From positions 50,498,477 through 50,562,476 of the forward strand of contig NC_068992.1 of assembly GCF_001194135.2 (NCBI RefSeq): a DNA stretch of 64,000 nucleotides. The letters are read 5' to 3'. The DNA comes from Octopus bimaculoides. Taxonomy: Eukaryota. Below, one piece after another: positions 51,862-64,000 of this stretch. Position numbers and translations under genes: made by a program. Numbering within the stretch: position 1 is the stretch's first letter; each line of letters opens with the position of its first letter. The notes under the pieces were generated by a model. That model saw only the letters and a program-made list of their open reading frames with translations. It did not search any database and was not told the origin of the DNA.

Positions 51862-54203
51862 NNNNNNNNNNNNNNNNNNNNNNNNNNNNNNNNNNNNNNN
51901 NNNNNNNNNNNNNNNNNNNNNNNNNNNNNNNNNNNNNNNNNNNNNNNNNNNNNNNNNNNNNNNNNNNNNNNNNNNNNNNNNNNNNNNNNNNNNNNNNNNN
52001 NNNNNNNNNNNNNNNNNNNNNNNNNNNNNNNNNNNNNNNNNNNNNNNNNNNNNNNNNNNNNNNNNNNNNNNNNNNNNNNNNNNNNNNNNNNNNNNNNNNN
52101 NNNNNNNNNNNNNNNNNNNNNNNNNNNNNNNNNNNNNNNNNNNNNNNNNNNNNNNNNNNNNNNNNNNNNNNNNNNNNNNNNNNNNNNNNNNNNNNNNNNN
52201 NNNNNNNNNNNNNNNNNNNNNNNNNNNNNNNNNNNNNNNNNNNNNNNNNNNNNNNNNNNNNNNNNNNNNNNNNNNNNNNNNNNNNNNNNNNNNNNNNNNN
52301 NNNNNNNNNNNNNNNNNNNNNNNNNNNNNNNNNNNNNNNNNNNNNNNNNNNNNNNNNNNNNNNNNNNNNNNNNNNNNNNNNNNNNNNNNNNNNNNNNNNN
52401 NNNNNNNNNNNNNNNNNNNNNNNNNNNNNNNNNNNNNNNNNNNNNNNNNNNNNNNNNNNNNNNNNNNNNNNNNNNNNNNNNNNNNNNNNNNNNNNNNNNN
52501 NNNNNNNNNNNNNNNNNNNNNNNNNNNNNNNNNNNNNNNNNNNNNNNNNNNNNNNNTCTCTCTCTGTATAATGTATATATATATATATATATATATATAG
52601 ATTCCACGTGCTACAGTGCAAATCGAAATCATATAATTCGACATATGCCTTAATGAAACCATTAATAAAATATGTGATGATATAAACAAACGAAATTTAA
52701 ACAATTCTACAATTGACAATAAAACTCCACATACAAAATAATTTGCATTACTTAGTTACGGCCTAGTGCAATCTACTTTAGAATCCGGCCCATATCAAAC
52801 TTATCTACCATCCTTCCGATGTCAATGTCATAGGATAAACTATAACTCTGTACCCAAATCTGTTAACTTTCTTTTAAAAATCAATATTAATTTTTCACGG
52901 AGAATTAACCATTTAGAAATAGAAGACAATAAACCTGTTTTGTTCCCTTTCCGCTAAATTCCCTACAGTAAATTATTATGTCAAACAGTTTCACCTTACT
53001 TATACGACCTTTGTATCGATTCAGTTCTAACCCATTGGAGTATTATGAGAGGCAACGTCGCAGAAGTGCGGTGAACATTTTACAGATTAATAGCCCATAC
53101 GCCTCTTAAATAAACATTACGTATAATAGATTGTGGTTGTTCTTTAACTGATTGAATGTCTGTTTGTGTAGTTTGACCACAAAGTTTCAGATCAGTTCAT
53201 TTACTAAACAAATACCTCATCGAAATATCAATATTATTGATTTCAAACATAGCGACATCTACAGATTTTGGTGCATTTGGTTCACTTCGTGTTTGGTTTT
53301 TATTTTATCGATCTGAAAAAGATGGATGCCAGCGTTCACTCCATATAGACTTAACACTGAACGTAAAAAGTCATAATAAAATGCAACAATCTTTGTTGTT
53401 CTTTGTGTTTAAACCATGCCCATCCAACTGTCATCAAGTAGGTATTCATGTAAAGTCTCAGTCGATTGATTATGTGGAATATATGCATTCCTCCAACCGA
53501 GGCTTTCAGTATTTGTTCAGAATTACTGTTGAGACCATCAATTGCTTTCTCTTTTTATTTTGGGCTTACATATACCTTATGCTAATTTTTTTCGAGGTAA
53601 TAGGATACGAATAAAGAGAGATATGGTTTCGATCTTTAACAATCGCAGAGACTGTACCTTGGCTCTCTTGGAGATGAGCCAAGCAGTGCTCCCCACTGCA
53701 TACGACGAATAAGACCATACATTTTCTAATAAGTTGGTAATATTCAAATATATTTGACGTGTATCGTTTTATTCTTCAGGGAAGGATAAAATCTAAGTCG
53801 ACCTAGGCAACATTCGAACACAAACATAAAGAGACAAAACTAAGTCTTAAAAGGCTCCATAAAATCTGCTAATCCACTGATCTCAGGACGAAGTTGATAA
53901 CATTTAACGCAGCCAGAAAGCTTCAAATTTGAGGGACGCCAATATAGGGGACATGGAAAACGAATAGCAGGGTTATTAAAGTGCCGAGGAGAATTCCGTG
54001 CCGTGTTTATTCCGGTTCTTTCCATCTGAAGTTGGAAACTGGCCAAAGTCAGTTTTGTCTTTCATTTCTCCTGGTCGATAAATTATGAACCATTCAGGTT
54101 CTTCAGTCCTGCCAAGTCGAATGAACACCAAAAATGCACGAGTGTCACCTGTGTGTGTGTGTATACATGTGAAACCATCGTTGGAATCCATCGTTGAAAC
54201 CAG

Positions 54204-54310
54204 GCCATCCACAAATTTCCCTTTATGGTACAGGGGGCTCATTTAAGAAGCTCTCTATATGATATAAAGCGCCATCCACAAATTTCCCTTTATGGTACAA
54301 GGAGCTCATT
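54204..54310. repeat. 40-bp direct repeat with 27-bp spacer
   Basis: gccatccacaaatttccctttatggtaca... at 54204-54243 and 54271-54310, 38/40 identical. Confidence 0.88.
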
Positions 54311-55841
54311 CAAAAAGAACCTGGAACAATTTTCGTTTCAAAGACTTTGATAATGGATCTTTCCAATCTTGGTCTGTAGCGAAAAGAAAAACGTCGACAT
54401 GGTTAACAGTAGCCTTTACAGCATCTTGACGGAGAACAGCGACAAACAGAATTATGCAAATATTGAAAATGGTGAACTATAATATAAACAACAATCAAAA
54501 CAAGATAAATTATATGATGAAATGTTCCGTCATAGCCGTATCTTACAAAAAACCGCTTACGTTAGAGTAAAAAGTATATAATATAAATACACATTTTATG
54601 CTACACTTGAAATTATTGATGACGTCTTCGAATAAAAATAGCATGAACTCGGAAAATAGAGATATACAAACACACTAACCTCACTGTCACACACGAGAGA
54701 GTGGGTATGAGTGTATTAAGAGTTACTATTTAATATTACCATTCGATTTAAAAAGGATTCTACTTCGTTGCTGAAATTTGAATGTAAAGAATTTTCATTG
54801 AAGTGCAGCAGAAAAATTCTCATTAAGGTAGTTGAAGTCAGTTGGCCCACCTGTCGGGTGTATTCATTAAGGAAATTGTTATCGAATAATAGTGCCATGA
54901 ATATTAAGGGGAAATGGTAAAATGGCAACAAAAAATTTGGAAAAATAGAGTAAATGAAATTGCTAGCATATCAAAAGATTAGTAATACTTGACTCACAAA
55001 GGAACCGAGTTTACCTATATTGAAGTAATCCAGTGTATATATATTCATACACACATATACCTAAGTATATATATGATTATATAGGTACACACACACACAC
55101 GCATATATATGAAAGCATACAAGCATATTTGTTTTTATACAGATGCATATATACATAGTTGCATAGTTACGTACACAATTATTGCCTGCACGTGAGTGTG
55201 TTTTGGTTTGAATAATCCTGTGTGAGGTGAAGCGACAGACACTTTTACAAATACGCACAGGCACACACACACAAACACACACACACACGTACACATACAC
55301 ATACACACACACACGTACACACACACACATACATGTTCCTGCATATCTCTTTCTATTGATATGTATGTGTGTGTTTATACACACATGTATATGTAAATAT
55401 AGAAATACCACGCAAATATATAAGAACAAATAAACAAATATGTCTATATTGAAACAGAAATAAATTTTAAAAAAACAGGGAATCATACAACAGAAACATA
55501 CACACACGCAGAGTTTGCGAGAGATATGTAAGGGCACGTAATTATCAATATAATACTCCCGTCAGCCAATCAAGCAACTTCTTTTATTTCTTTCATATTT
55601 GCCCTGGCAGATAAAATAGTAGCACAAGAAATGAAAATGAAATTACCAACTTTCTGAATGTTGCAAGATCTTTTACATAATATGTTCGGAGGTAATTAGA
55701 AGCATTTGGCGGGAGTGTTCGACTGCATCTAAACGTTCAGAGACAATAAAGATACATTTAATACAACGGGTTCGAAACATAGTCAGATTTATGAGTGGAC
55801 TATCATAACTGTGTGGTGAATAGGGTCATTCGATGCAAGAC

Positions 55842-55873
<32 letters not shown>

Positions 55874-55879
55874 TTAAAA

Positions 55880-56352
55880 GACGCCATTCCATGACTGTAA
55901 AGACACGGGAAAACCGTTTGAGCTGTTACTAGACAAAGTTGAAACCTTCACGAACATGAAATGCATTGGTTCTTCACTGATGAGATAAACTTCAACTTAG
56001 TCCACAAATTATATGTAGATCGTTCTAACATCCTAAGAGTAGTAGACACAAAGCATCTAGCAACTGAGATTGTTTTAAGTATGGTGTGTAACAAAAATCT
56101 TGTCGCCCCACCTTACAACCTGCCAGAGATGCTTAGAATTACTGTGGCTGGAAAAGTTGAGACACTGGAGAATGGTGCTAAGTTCTCGTTAGATGAAGTA
56201 CACAACGGGACACAATACACAGTTCAAAATACTGGACCCCTTTTCACAGAGCCTACATAAGCCAGGAAAAGATGTCAGATAATCTTTACACACAAGTAAC
56301 ACCAAATTTTTCTCCAAATTCACCAGACTTAAATTTCATGGATTATCATGTT
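55880..56352 (+). mobile_element. Decayed maT (DD37D, Tc1/mariner superfamily) transposase
   Basis: TRENRL, MHWFFTDE, TKHLATEIVLSMVCN..VAPP..PEMLRITVAG..E.LE....LDEVHNG..Y..Q and SQE.M.DN...TP...PNSPDLNFMDYHV align by eye to the maT consensus WFFSDEK / TKFPATVMVLGVVS / VKPWIDEV.NG.PY.FQQD / PNSPDLNPLDY. Confidence 0.72.
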
Positions 56353-56374
56353 TGAAACATTTTTGATAGGGATG

Positions 56375-56414
<40 letters not shown>

Positions 56415-57244
56415 CACATGTATCTCTGGGTGTAACAAGAACAAGAAGCAAGATTTATATCCTAAATACGCTGACTGATATTTCAGCTCCAGCCACCACA
56501 ATTGGATATGTTTACAAGTATTATCGATCACATTTTACTTATATGAAATATCTGTAAGGTTGTAGTGTTGTAGGAGGCATAGAAGGGGTATGGGGATATA
56601 GTAGGTGTCCAATTTTAAAATTATGTGTGAACATGTGTGTGTATGTGTGTATGTGCGTGTCAGTGTATGTGTTTGTATATAATAGGTCGGGAGTGGCAAA
56701 CCTTGTGCTGCAAACCTAGACTGTGGCAGTGAGAAATGAATCCATAATACAGTTGGTGGTTAAAAGGATCTATGTGCTGTACACACCTGCTAAAGGTTGG
56801 AGATTACTGTGTGAATAAGTTCAATAAACTAGCAAGACCGTTTACAGTTTGTATTCTGCCAACGGCACATTAAAATAATATGATTAATAGAATTATCGCT
56901 GATTGACATACAATGTAAGTAGTAGTTCTATCAATTGTGTCTTGTGAATTTGAAGATCTAAGATTTTGTCTTTCTGTGTTGTAGTCGGCAATGATAGAAG
57001 AGCTATTAATGTAGCGCTTGCATTCAATTTTATCTCTACCATCTCACAGCTGAATAAACTCTTCGAGAAATGAATTTAATTAAAAAGGAAAAGATACCTT
57101 ATTTTCTCTTTTTACATTTTCTGACCCCTTCTCTTAATTTCCTTTGTTTTTAGTAGCATATTTTTTGTTACTATCACGCTCTTTGGACAATGGCTAAAAT
57201 CTTTAATTGGTCACACAACATTTCTTGCAATATTTCTCAGAGCT

Positions 57245-57443
57245 AAGGCGAAGAGTTGACAAAATCGTAACCGCGCCGGGCAAAATGTTTAGCGAAACCT
57301 GTCTTTAAGTTCGGAGTACAAATTTTGCCGAGGTCGACTTTACCATTCGTCCATTCGAACTCGATAAAATAAGTAGCAATTTAACACTGCAGCCGTTCTA
57401 ATCCGATAGTTGCTGAGTTTAATCCAAAATTTAAAACCAATAT
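57245..57443 (+). mobile_element. SINE family A copy
   Basis: aaggcgaagagttgacaaaatcgtaaccgcgccgggcaaaatgtttagcg...gccgaggtcgacttt...cgataaaataagtagc. Confidence 0.85.
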
Positions 57444-58424
57444 TTATTCAAGCTATTTAGATACTGAGTCCAAGACAAATTTAGAACAAGTTAGCCATTG
57501 ATCTATCCGAGAAATCTACCCTTCCAGGACTGTAATTTGTGGGAAAATATCCGGAACATATAGCAAACGTTTATTTACTGAACATGTACGTTTTGAGTTC
57601 CAGGAAATTATTCTGTGTTTGCTATACTTATCTTGGAAAAAAATTATTCGTTAATCATTTGTAGATGACAATCATGTCTTTAAAGAACATAACAATGAGG
57701 TAACACTGTGAAAGTGTTTCCCTGTCTCCCTATTTGTATCACCGATATATCTATCTCTGTTTTAACTTTCCTTTCTTCCTTTTCATCATTACTCTCGCTC
57801 TCTACCAAATCATTACTCTCGCTGTCTTACTCAAATCATTTCCATAACATTCAGGCATTTTTGTTAATTCCTATTGCAAAAAAGTATTTAATTGCAGGTG
57901 CCTTGTTCTTGCACCTCATTGCCATGCAATGCTGTTTCCTGCATGTTGCTGTAACGAATCGATGACTAGATGTTGCATATTTTCATTGTCCACCATATAT
58001 TAATGATTGACAACGTCAATCATCAAAAATTACATGTAGTGAAGATACGCTCATCGGTACTTTATACAAGTGAAGGTTTATAGCGTGATTCACAACTGAA
58101 ATAGGAAAACAAAGGCGAAGGCAGTGAATGGCGGCGGAGAAGGAAAGCAATGGCAGGTGTGGTAGAAAGTGATAAAAAAGGAATAAAAATGGGAAAAGAA
58201 GAAACGTTGAGATGAGAAATTGAGTGGATAGAATAAAAGAATGAAAAGGAAGAGGAAAAGAAAGGGCAAGGGAAGGGCTACACAGCGGCTGAGGAAGAAG
58301 ATCACGGAATGAAAAATAAAACAAAAATGAGGAGAAATAATCAGAAGAGTGAGGAGCAAATGCATTTGGTTGGAGTGAGGGGAAACAATTTAAATACATA
58401 CATACATGCATACATAGATACATA

Positions 58425-58545
<121 letters not shown>

Positions 58546-59131
58546 CAGAATAGGATAAAGAAGAAAACAAAACAGGAGTTCAAAATCTTACTTAAAAAAA
58601 GGGATAAAACAACAGAATATGGAAGAATACGAATGAGGAAAAACTGGAAGACCAGGAAAGAGACGAGGATAAGTATGCGAGAGGAAAAAAGAGCAGGAGG
58701 TCGTATGGGTTACCGTAGTGTGTGACAAACGAAGTGGGAATGGTAATGGATGACACATGTGACGTTAGTAGAGAAGAAATACAAAAGTGAAATAAAGAAA
58801 TAAATTACAAAGAAGCCAATAAACAGCTGAAAAGAAAAGTGAAGTGCAAAAAGCAAAAAGCAAAAACACAAACCGTGTCCATGTGTATGTGTGCATGTAT
58901 GTGTGTACGCGCGTCTTTCTTCCCTTGTCACAATATATATANNNNNNNNNNNNNNNNNNNNNNNNNNNNNNNNNNNNNNNNNNNNNNNNNNNNNNNNNNN
59001 NNNNNNNNNNNNNNNNNNNNNNNNNNNNNNNNNNNNNNNNNNNNNNNNNNNNNNNNNNNNNNNNNNNNNNNNNNNNNNNNNNNNNNNNNNNNNNNNNNNN
59101 NNNNNNNNNNNNNNNNNNNNNNNNNNNNNNN

Positions 59132-59190
<59 letters not shown>

Positions 59191-61268
59191 GTGTTTGTAT
59201 ATATATATATATATGTGAATATATTTGCATATTTATATATAGTTATATGTATGGACAGATGTACATACACACACAAAATCTCTCTCGCACACACACGTAC
59301 ATGTAAAGTGACAGAACATCCCCGTCACCTGACACACGTCCCTTTGTACGTCTACTTACTACTTCAGTAAAGCCAGAGATGAAAGTGATGCTTCTCCATT
59401 ATCTGTCAAGACTTAATTATCATTTCAGAAAGACATGATAATTACGCCTTGACAGATAATGGAGAAGTTGATTCTGTGGTGTTGTTGTTTTCATTATGGT
59501 GACAACAACAACAACAACAACAACAACAGTGGCAATAACAAAATGGATGACAAAGGTGGGGAAGACGGCAATAATTGTGGAAGCGGTAGCGGTGGTACTG
59601 CTACCACTGACGACGACGATGATGTTGAGGGCATTGACGATGAGACGATGAAGAAGACAACCTTGAGGACGACGACGACGACGAGAGGAACGATGTTGAT
59701 AACAACGACGATGACGAGGGTGATGATGATGATGATGTATAGAATGGTTGATGATGACGACGAAGACAACGTCCAAGACAAGAATGACGATGAAAATAAT
59801 GCAGACGATGGTGGTGTTGGCAGTGGTGTTGGGGTGATTATAACGGCTATGCATCATTCTGGTATGGCAATGTTGCCAGAAATGAATTTGTTGACGAATA
59901 TTTATGTCGTTGTTGTACATGACTACGTATTACAAGCCAAACTATGTTCCAGGAAGCTTTTAATCACCGTAACCTCTGCCAAAGCTGTACATTATAACTA
60001 ATTAAGAGCACTTCACCGAAACACTACACGGTCACACCTCATAATATTGTCACAATTCACTTCAGTTTAAGCCAAAAATTCAAATTAGAAATTCGTAGTT
60101 TTTTTTGTTTGTCATTCATTTAACATTTTTTCTTCAATTTAAACAACAGAAGCAATCGAACTGCGAACAGCTGGTGACACACAGACTTATACATAGAGAC
60201 AACTATAATTATACTCACACATTCACTTTATACACGTTTATGTTGGAAAGCGTTCCACAATAATTCATTCAATTTCCTAACGTGAATATAAAAGCACGGT
60301 TGTATAAATACACACACGCCACTCCCACCCCGCTAACACACGCACATACACACACACACACACACGTGTGTGTATAATATATATGTGGTATATATATACA
60401 TTGATGGATAAATATATTAGTAACGCTGAAAAACATGATTGTGTACGCTACAAACGAAAATTCAAAGTGATGGTGAAAGTCGTGTACAAGTGGAAAGGAC
60501 AAAATCTAGCCACTGATGAAACCATTTCAATATTCAACTTTCTTTCCAGCGTATCAATTCGGTAATTGCAAATAAAGTTGGTACATTTCATCTGGAAATT
60601 GCTAGTGATCTCGCAAAACAAAGGAAAAACAAGTGTTGAGGAGTAAAAGAAACACGGGACGTTTAAAAATCTTAATAGAAGAAACAGAGAGGGCAATACA
60701 AATGACTGATTAAAAAATCAAGACCTGTTCCCATTCAGGACCATCAAGTTCATTTCTGGTCCCAAGAATATGGCCCTTATCTTGAGATTCAAGATCCTGA
60801 CCTTTCCGGAAAAACATGGCAGTTCCACAGCCCCACCATTCCAAGTTGACATTAAAGTAAGTAAATGTAGTATCCAGCTAAAATGCGTATGAAAATTTAT
60901 CAATTGGAAAGTCTCATGTAACTTATAGCCACAACATCTATATTTAGTGAACTGTGGTCATTTAGTAGGTGGCCCTGTTTCCAAGGGGACCGCAGACTGC
61001 ATACATTTATACTATCTGTTCTGAGCAAGGCCGTACATATAATTGAAAACGGTAATGAATAGAATCACACTATTTCAGTGTTCTACCTTCTGGATATTGG
61101 TGGATGTCTCCACAAATATTTCTGTGCAGTATTTTGTTTATACTCTCACAGAAATCTCCCATTCGTTTGAGATATTTTGCTTTCAGTTTGTTGTAAAACT
61201 GTTACGTGGCTTTTTAATCATTTATATGAATAGGGTGCCATGCAGAAGCTCTGTGTACTCATTTAACA

Positions 61269-61300
61269 CAGGGGTCTCCAAAATAGTCGATATCGATCCG
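61269..61300 (+). mobile_element. Possible hAT (Charlie-like) terminus, single end
   Basis: caggggtctccaaaatagtcgatatcgatc resembles CAGGGGTCTCCAA-type TIRs. No partner end found. Confidence 0.3.
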
Positions 61301-61351
61301 GTGGAATATGAGCACTGAACGCAGTGACGGGCGAAATAATTTCCACTATAT

Positions 61352-61555
61352 GTACGAGGCCGGAGTTTTGGTGGGTAGGGCTTTGGCGATTACATTTAAT
61401 CCAGTGCTCAACTGGCGTTTAATTTATCGGCTCCCCCGAAAAGAGATTAAAGGCAAAGTCAACCTCAGTGGAATTTGAATTTAGAACCTAAAATCGCTCG
61501 AAATGCTGCTAAGAATTTAACACTGCATGCTAACGATTGGACTAGATTGCTGACT
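61352..61555 (-). mobile_element. SINE family A copy
   Basis: ccagtgctcaactgg...aatttatcgg...aaaggcaaagtcaacctcagtggaatttgaa...gctaacgatt is the reverse complement of the family body. Confidence 0.85.
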
Positions 61556-61926
61556 AAACAACAACAACAACAACAATAAAATAATAATAATTAATAAAAT
61601 CGTTCATTGAAATAAAAAATAAGATTATGTAAGTAACATAATTTAGTGTCTACAGATGTATTTATATACAAGTGTGTGTGAGCGTGTTTGCATGATTTAC
61701 ACATCTGTGTATTTGCTGTATTTTATGGCCCACGACATTCTTGCGTCCGTATAAATTACTGCACCTAATACGAGTGTACATTTGTTTCTACATGTTTGTT
61801 TAAATTTTTATTTCTTTCAGTATGATTACACAAACGCAAACGTACACACACATACACACACGCACACACACATGCATATATGTATGTATACACTTGTATA
61901 TATATATATATATATATGCATGTATG

Positions 61927-61959
<33 letters not shown>

Positions 61960-62173
61960 NNNNNNNNNNNNNNNNNNNNNNNNNNNNNNNNNNNNNNNNN
62001 NNNNNNNNNNNNNNNNNNNNNNNNNNNNNNNNNNNNNNNNNNNNNNNNNNNNNNNNNNNNNNNNNNNNNNNNNNNNNNNNNNNNNNNNNNNNNNNNNNNN
62101 NNNNNNNNNNNNNNNNNNNNNNNNNNNNNNNNNNGGGCGGGCTTGTATGTGTGTATGCATGTGTGTGTGTTTA

Positions 62174-62207
<34 letters not shown>

Positions 62208-62346
62208 CGCGTGCACCTACTCCCGATGATAAAATAAACAACCTTTACTCCCGGTAAAAAAAAGTCAAATAGAAAATATAAACAAGCTTATTTAGCTGTC
62301 TAATTAGGTATGACTTTTCTTGGGGTAGCTGAGGAAATCTTCTATA

Positions 62347-62390
<44 letters not shown>

Positions 62391-62391
62391 C

Positions 62392-62423
<32 letters not shown>

Positions 62424-62832
62424 TAATAATAATAATAATGATATTTGCTTTATTAATAATAATTTCTATACAGATTTCTCTCTCTTCTTTTTATTTTCTC
62501 TTGGCTGTAATCCAGTAAGTGTCACTGGTGATTAAATTTAGATTACCACTTCCAGACATACGTCTAATTAACTGAGATAACTAATCTTTTACCAAATACC
62601 ACTGAAGGCGATTTAATTTCTCAGCATTTTACGAAAGTTCGGCAAAAATATGTGGACTATAAACCAAGTATAACTGAAATATTTTGCGGCTGTTATGGGC
62701 TTTCAAATGAAATTTCTTCCGCCTTGTTGTTGTTTTCTTCTTCTTCTTCTTCTTCTTCTTCTTCTTCTTCTTCTTCTTCTTCTTCTTCTTCTTCTTCTTC
62801 TTCTTCTTGCCATTATTATTACTATTATTATT

Positions 62833-62980
62833 CGCCGGGAGAATTGCTTAGCAACATTTCGTCTGTCTTCACGTTCTAAGTTCAAATTCCACCGAGGTTA
62901 TTCTTGCGGAGTCCACAAAATAAGTACCAGTTGACTTAGCTCCTTCACCTAAATTGCTGGGCTTGTGCTAAAGTTTGAGA
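62833..62980 (+). mobile_element. SINE family A copy, 5' truncated and internally deleted
   Basis: cgccgggagaattgcttagcaacatttcgtctgtcttcacgttctaagttcaaattccaccgagg...aaaataagtaccagttga. Confidence 0.85.
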
Positions 62981-62984
62981 TCAT

Positions 62985-63015
<31 letters not shown>

Positions 63016-63051
63016 ATCATAACTATCATCATCATGATCATTATTATTATT

Positions 63052-63410
63052 TTGATTTGGCTCAGATTCGGTCTAATTCCTGGTGGGATTTATGTGGGTA
63101 GCGGGTTAGTACCTGTAACCTTAGGTATCTAAAAGTTTTCATCTGTCCTTCAAGTGCTTAGAACGCTCCTGATAATTCTTGCTGTCTCTTAGAGACAAAC
63201 TTTCTGTGGGAGCTTTTCCGGGCATTCTATTCGAACCTCCTTCAACAATTCGTCTATATATTTGCCGACTGTTTCCAACGCACCAATTTAATAGGCACGA
63301 CATTTACTGCTCCCATGCTCCAAATTCTTCCTATTTCAAATTTTAAGGGATTGTATTTTGTTTTGTTTTTCGCTCTCTTTCTTTACATCCCTGGAATCAA
63401 ACGGGCATGA
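63052..63410 (-). mobile_element. 5'-truncated R4/Dong-type element (endonuclease C-terminus plus 3' UTR)
   Basis: CPFDSR..KKESEK, KYNPLKFEIGRIWSM..VNVVPI, GALETV and QKVCL*ETARIIRSVLST* (stop at 63150-63152). The UTR ends in (AAT)/(GAT) repeats. Confidence 0.85.
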
Positions 63411-63417
63411 TGGGTTG

Positions 63418-63630
63418 AAGGACGGTGAAATGGCAGAGCCGTTAGCATACTGGACGAAATGCTTAGCGGTATTTTATGTCACTGCGTTCTGCGTTCAAAT
63501 TCCACCGAGGTCGATTTTGCCTTTCCTTCTTTGATGGTCGATAAATTAAGTACCAGTGAAATACTGGATTCCATATAATCGAGTAGTCCCCTCTCTCAAA
63601 ATTTGAGGCCTCGTGCTTAGAGTAGGAAAG
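63418..63630 (+). mobile_element. SINE family A copy, full length
   Basis: tggcagagccgttagcatactggacgaaatgcttagcgg...gttcaaattccaccgaggtcga...ggtcgataaattaagtaccag...gaggcctcgtgcttagagtagg. Confidence 0.9.
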
Positions 63631-63663
63631 AATATTCTTCTTCTTATTATTATTATTAATATT

Positions 63664-63905
63664 ATTGAGCGAGAGAGCAGTACATGCCATCAAAGTGACA
63701 CTGGGGTAAGATATACGAAGCTCATTATACCCATCATGACTACCCGTCTGATAAGGGTACACCAGGCACATGCATCACGACCATATCAAGATAAACAACG
63801 CATGACCTCGCAGGTGGGGCCCAGTTAGAATTTTCTTCAGGTCAAGTAGCCCATCCCGCTCAAAAGGTCCCTGAATAAGATTTGTTTAAAGATGTTGAGC
63901 AAATT
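63664..63905 (-). mobile_element. Unclassified GC-richer insert between (TAT)n tracts, probable retroposon 3' end
   Basis: Sharp composition change, microsatellite on both sides, and an (AAT)n tail on the minus strand. Not repeated elsewhere in this window. Confidence 0.4.
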
Positions 63906-64000
63906 AATATTATTATCATTATTATTATTATTATTATTATTGTTATTATTATTATTATTATCATCATTATTATTATTATTATCATTATTATTATTATTAG

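Noticed and set aside
59420-60001. 180-aa and 166-aa ORFs with poly-N/D/T/M runs
   Set aside because: Cryptically simple trinucleotide DNA, open on both strands, with similar blocks recurring across the window and no domain or splice support.

Overview
This is an AT-rich eukaryotic window of intronic or intergenic character, saturated with microsatellites and broken by 17 N-gaps, most of them at (TA)n, (CA)n, (GA)n or (TATC)n tracts. The SINE families look like those I recall from octopus (cephalopod) genomes; that assignment is an inference. There is no convincing intact protein-coding gene: nearly all long ORFs in the track are translated microsatellites or gaps. The sequence supports about 17 copies of one tRNA-derived SINE (family A) and several pieces of CORE-like SINEs. 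It also supports four decayed R4/Dong-type non-LTR fragments, one L2/CR1/Jockey-type RT remnant, Tc1, mariner and maT (DD37D) transposase remnants, a pogo/Tigger-like MITE and a Penelope-like GIY-YIG remnant. The most interesting signal is a dispersed set of seven minimal type-I hammerhead ribozyme-like motifs at six loci. One sits at the 3' end of the Penelope-like remnant. Two face outward inside a 161-bp near-perfect palindrome at 49567-49727. Several share non-canonical features: U4>C, an extra A after the core, and a palindromic stem III. A few splice-site-bounded candidate exons are reported at low confidence.
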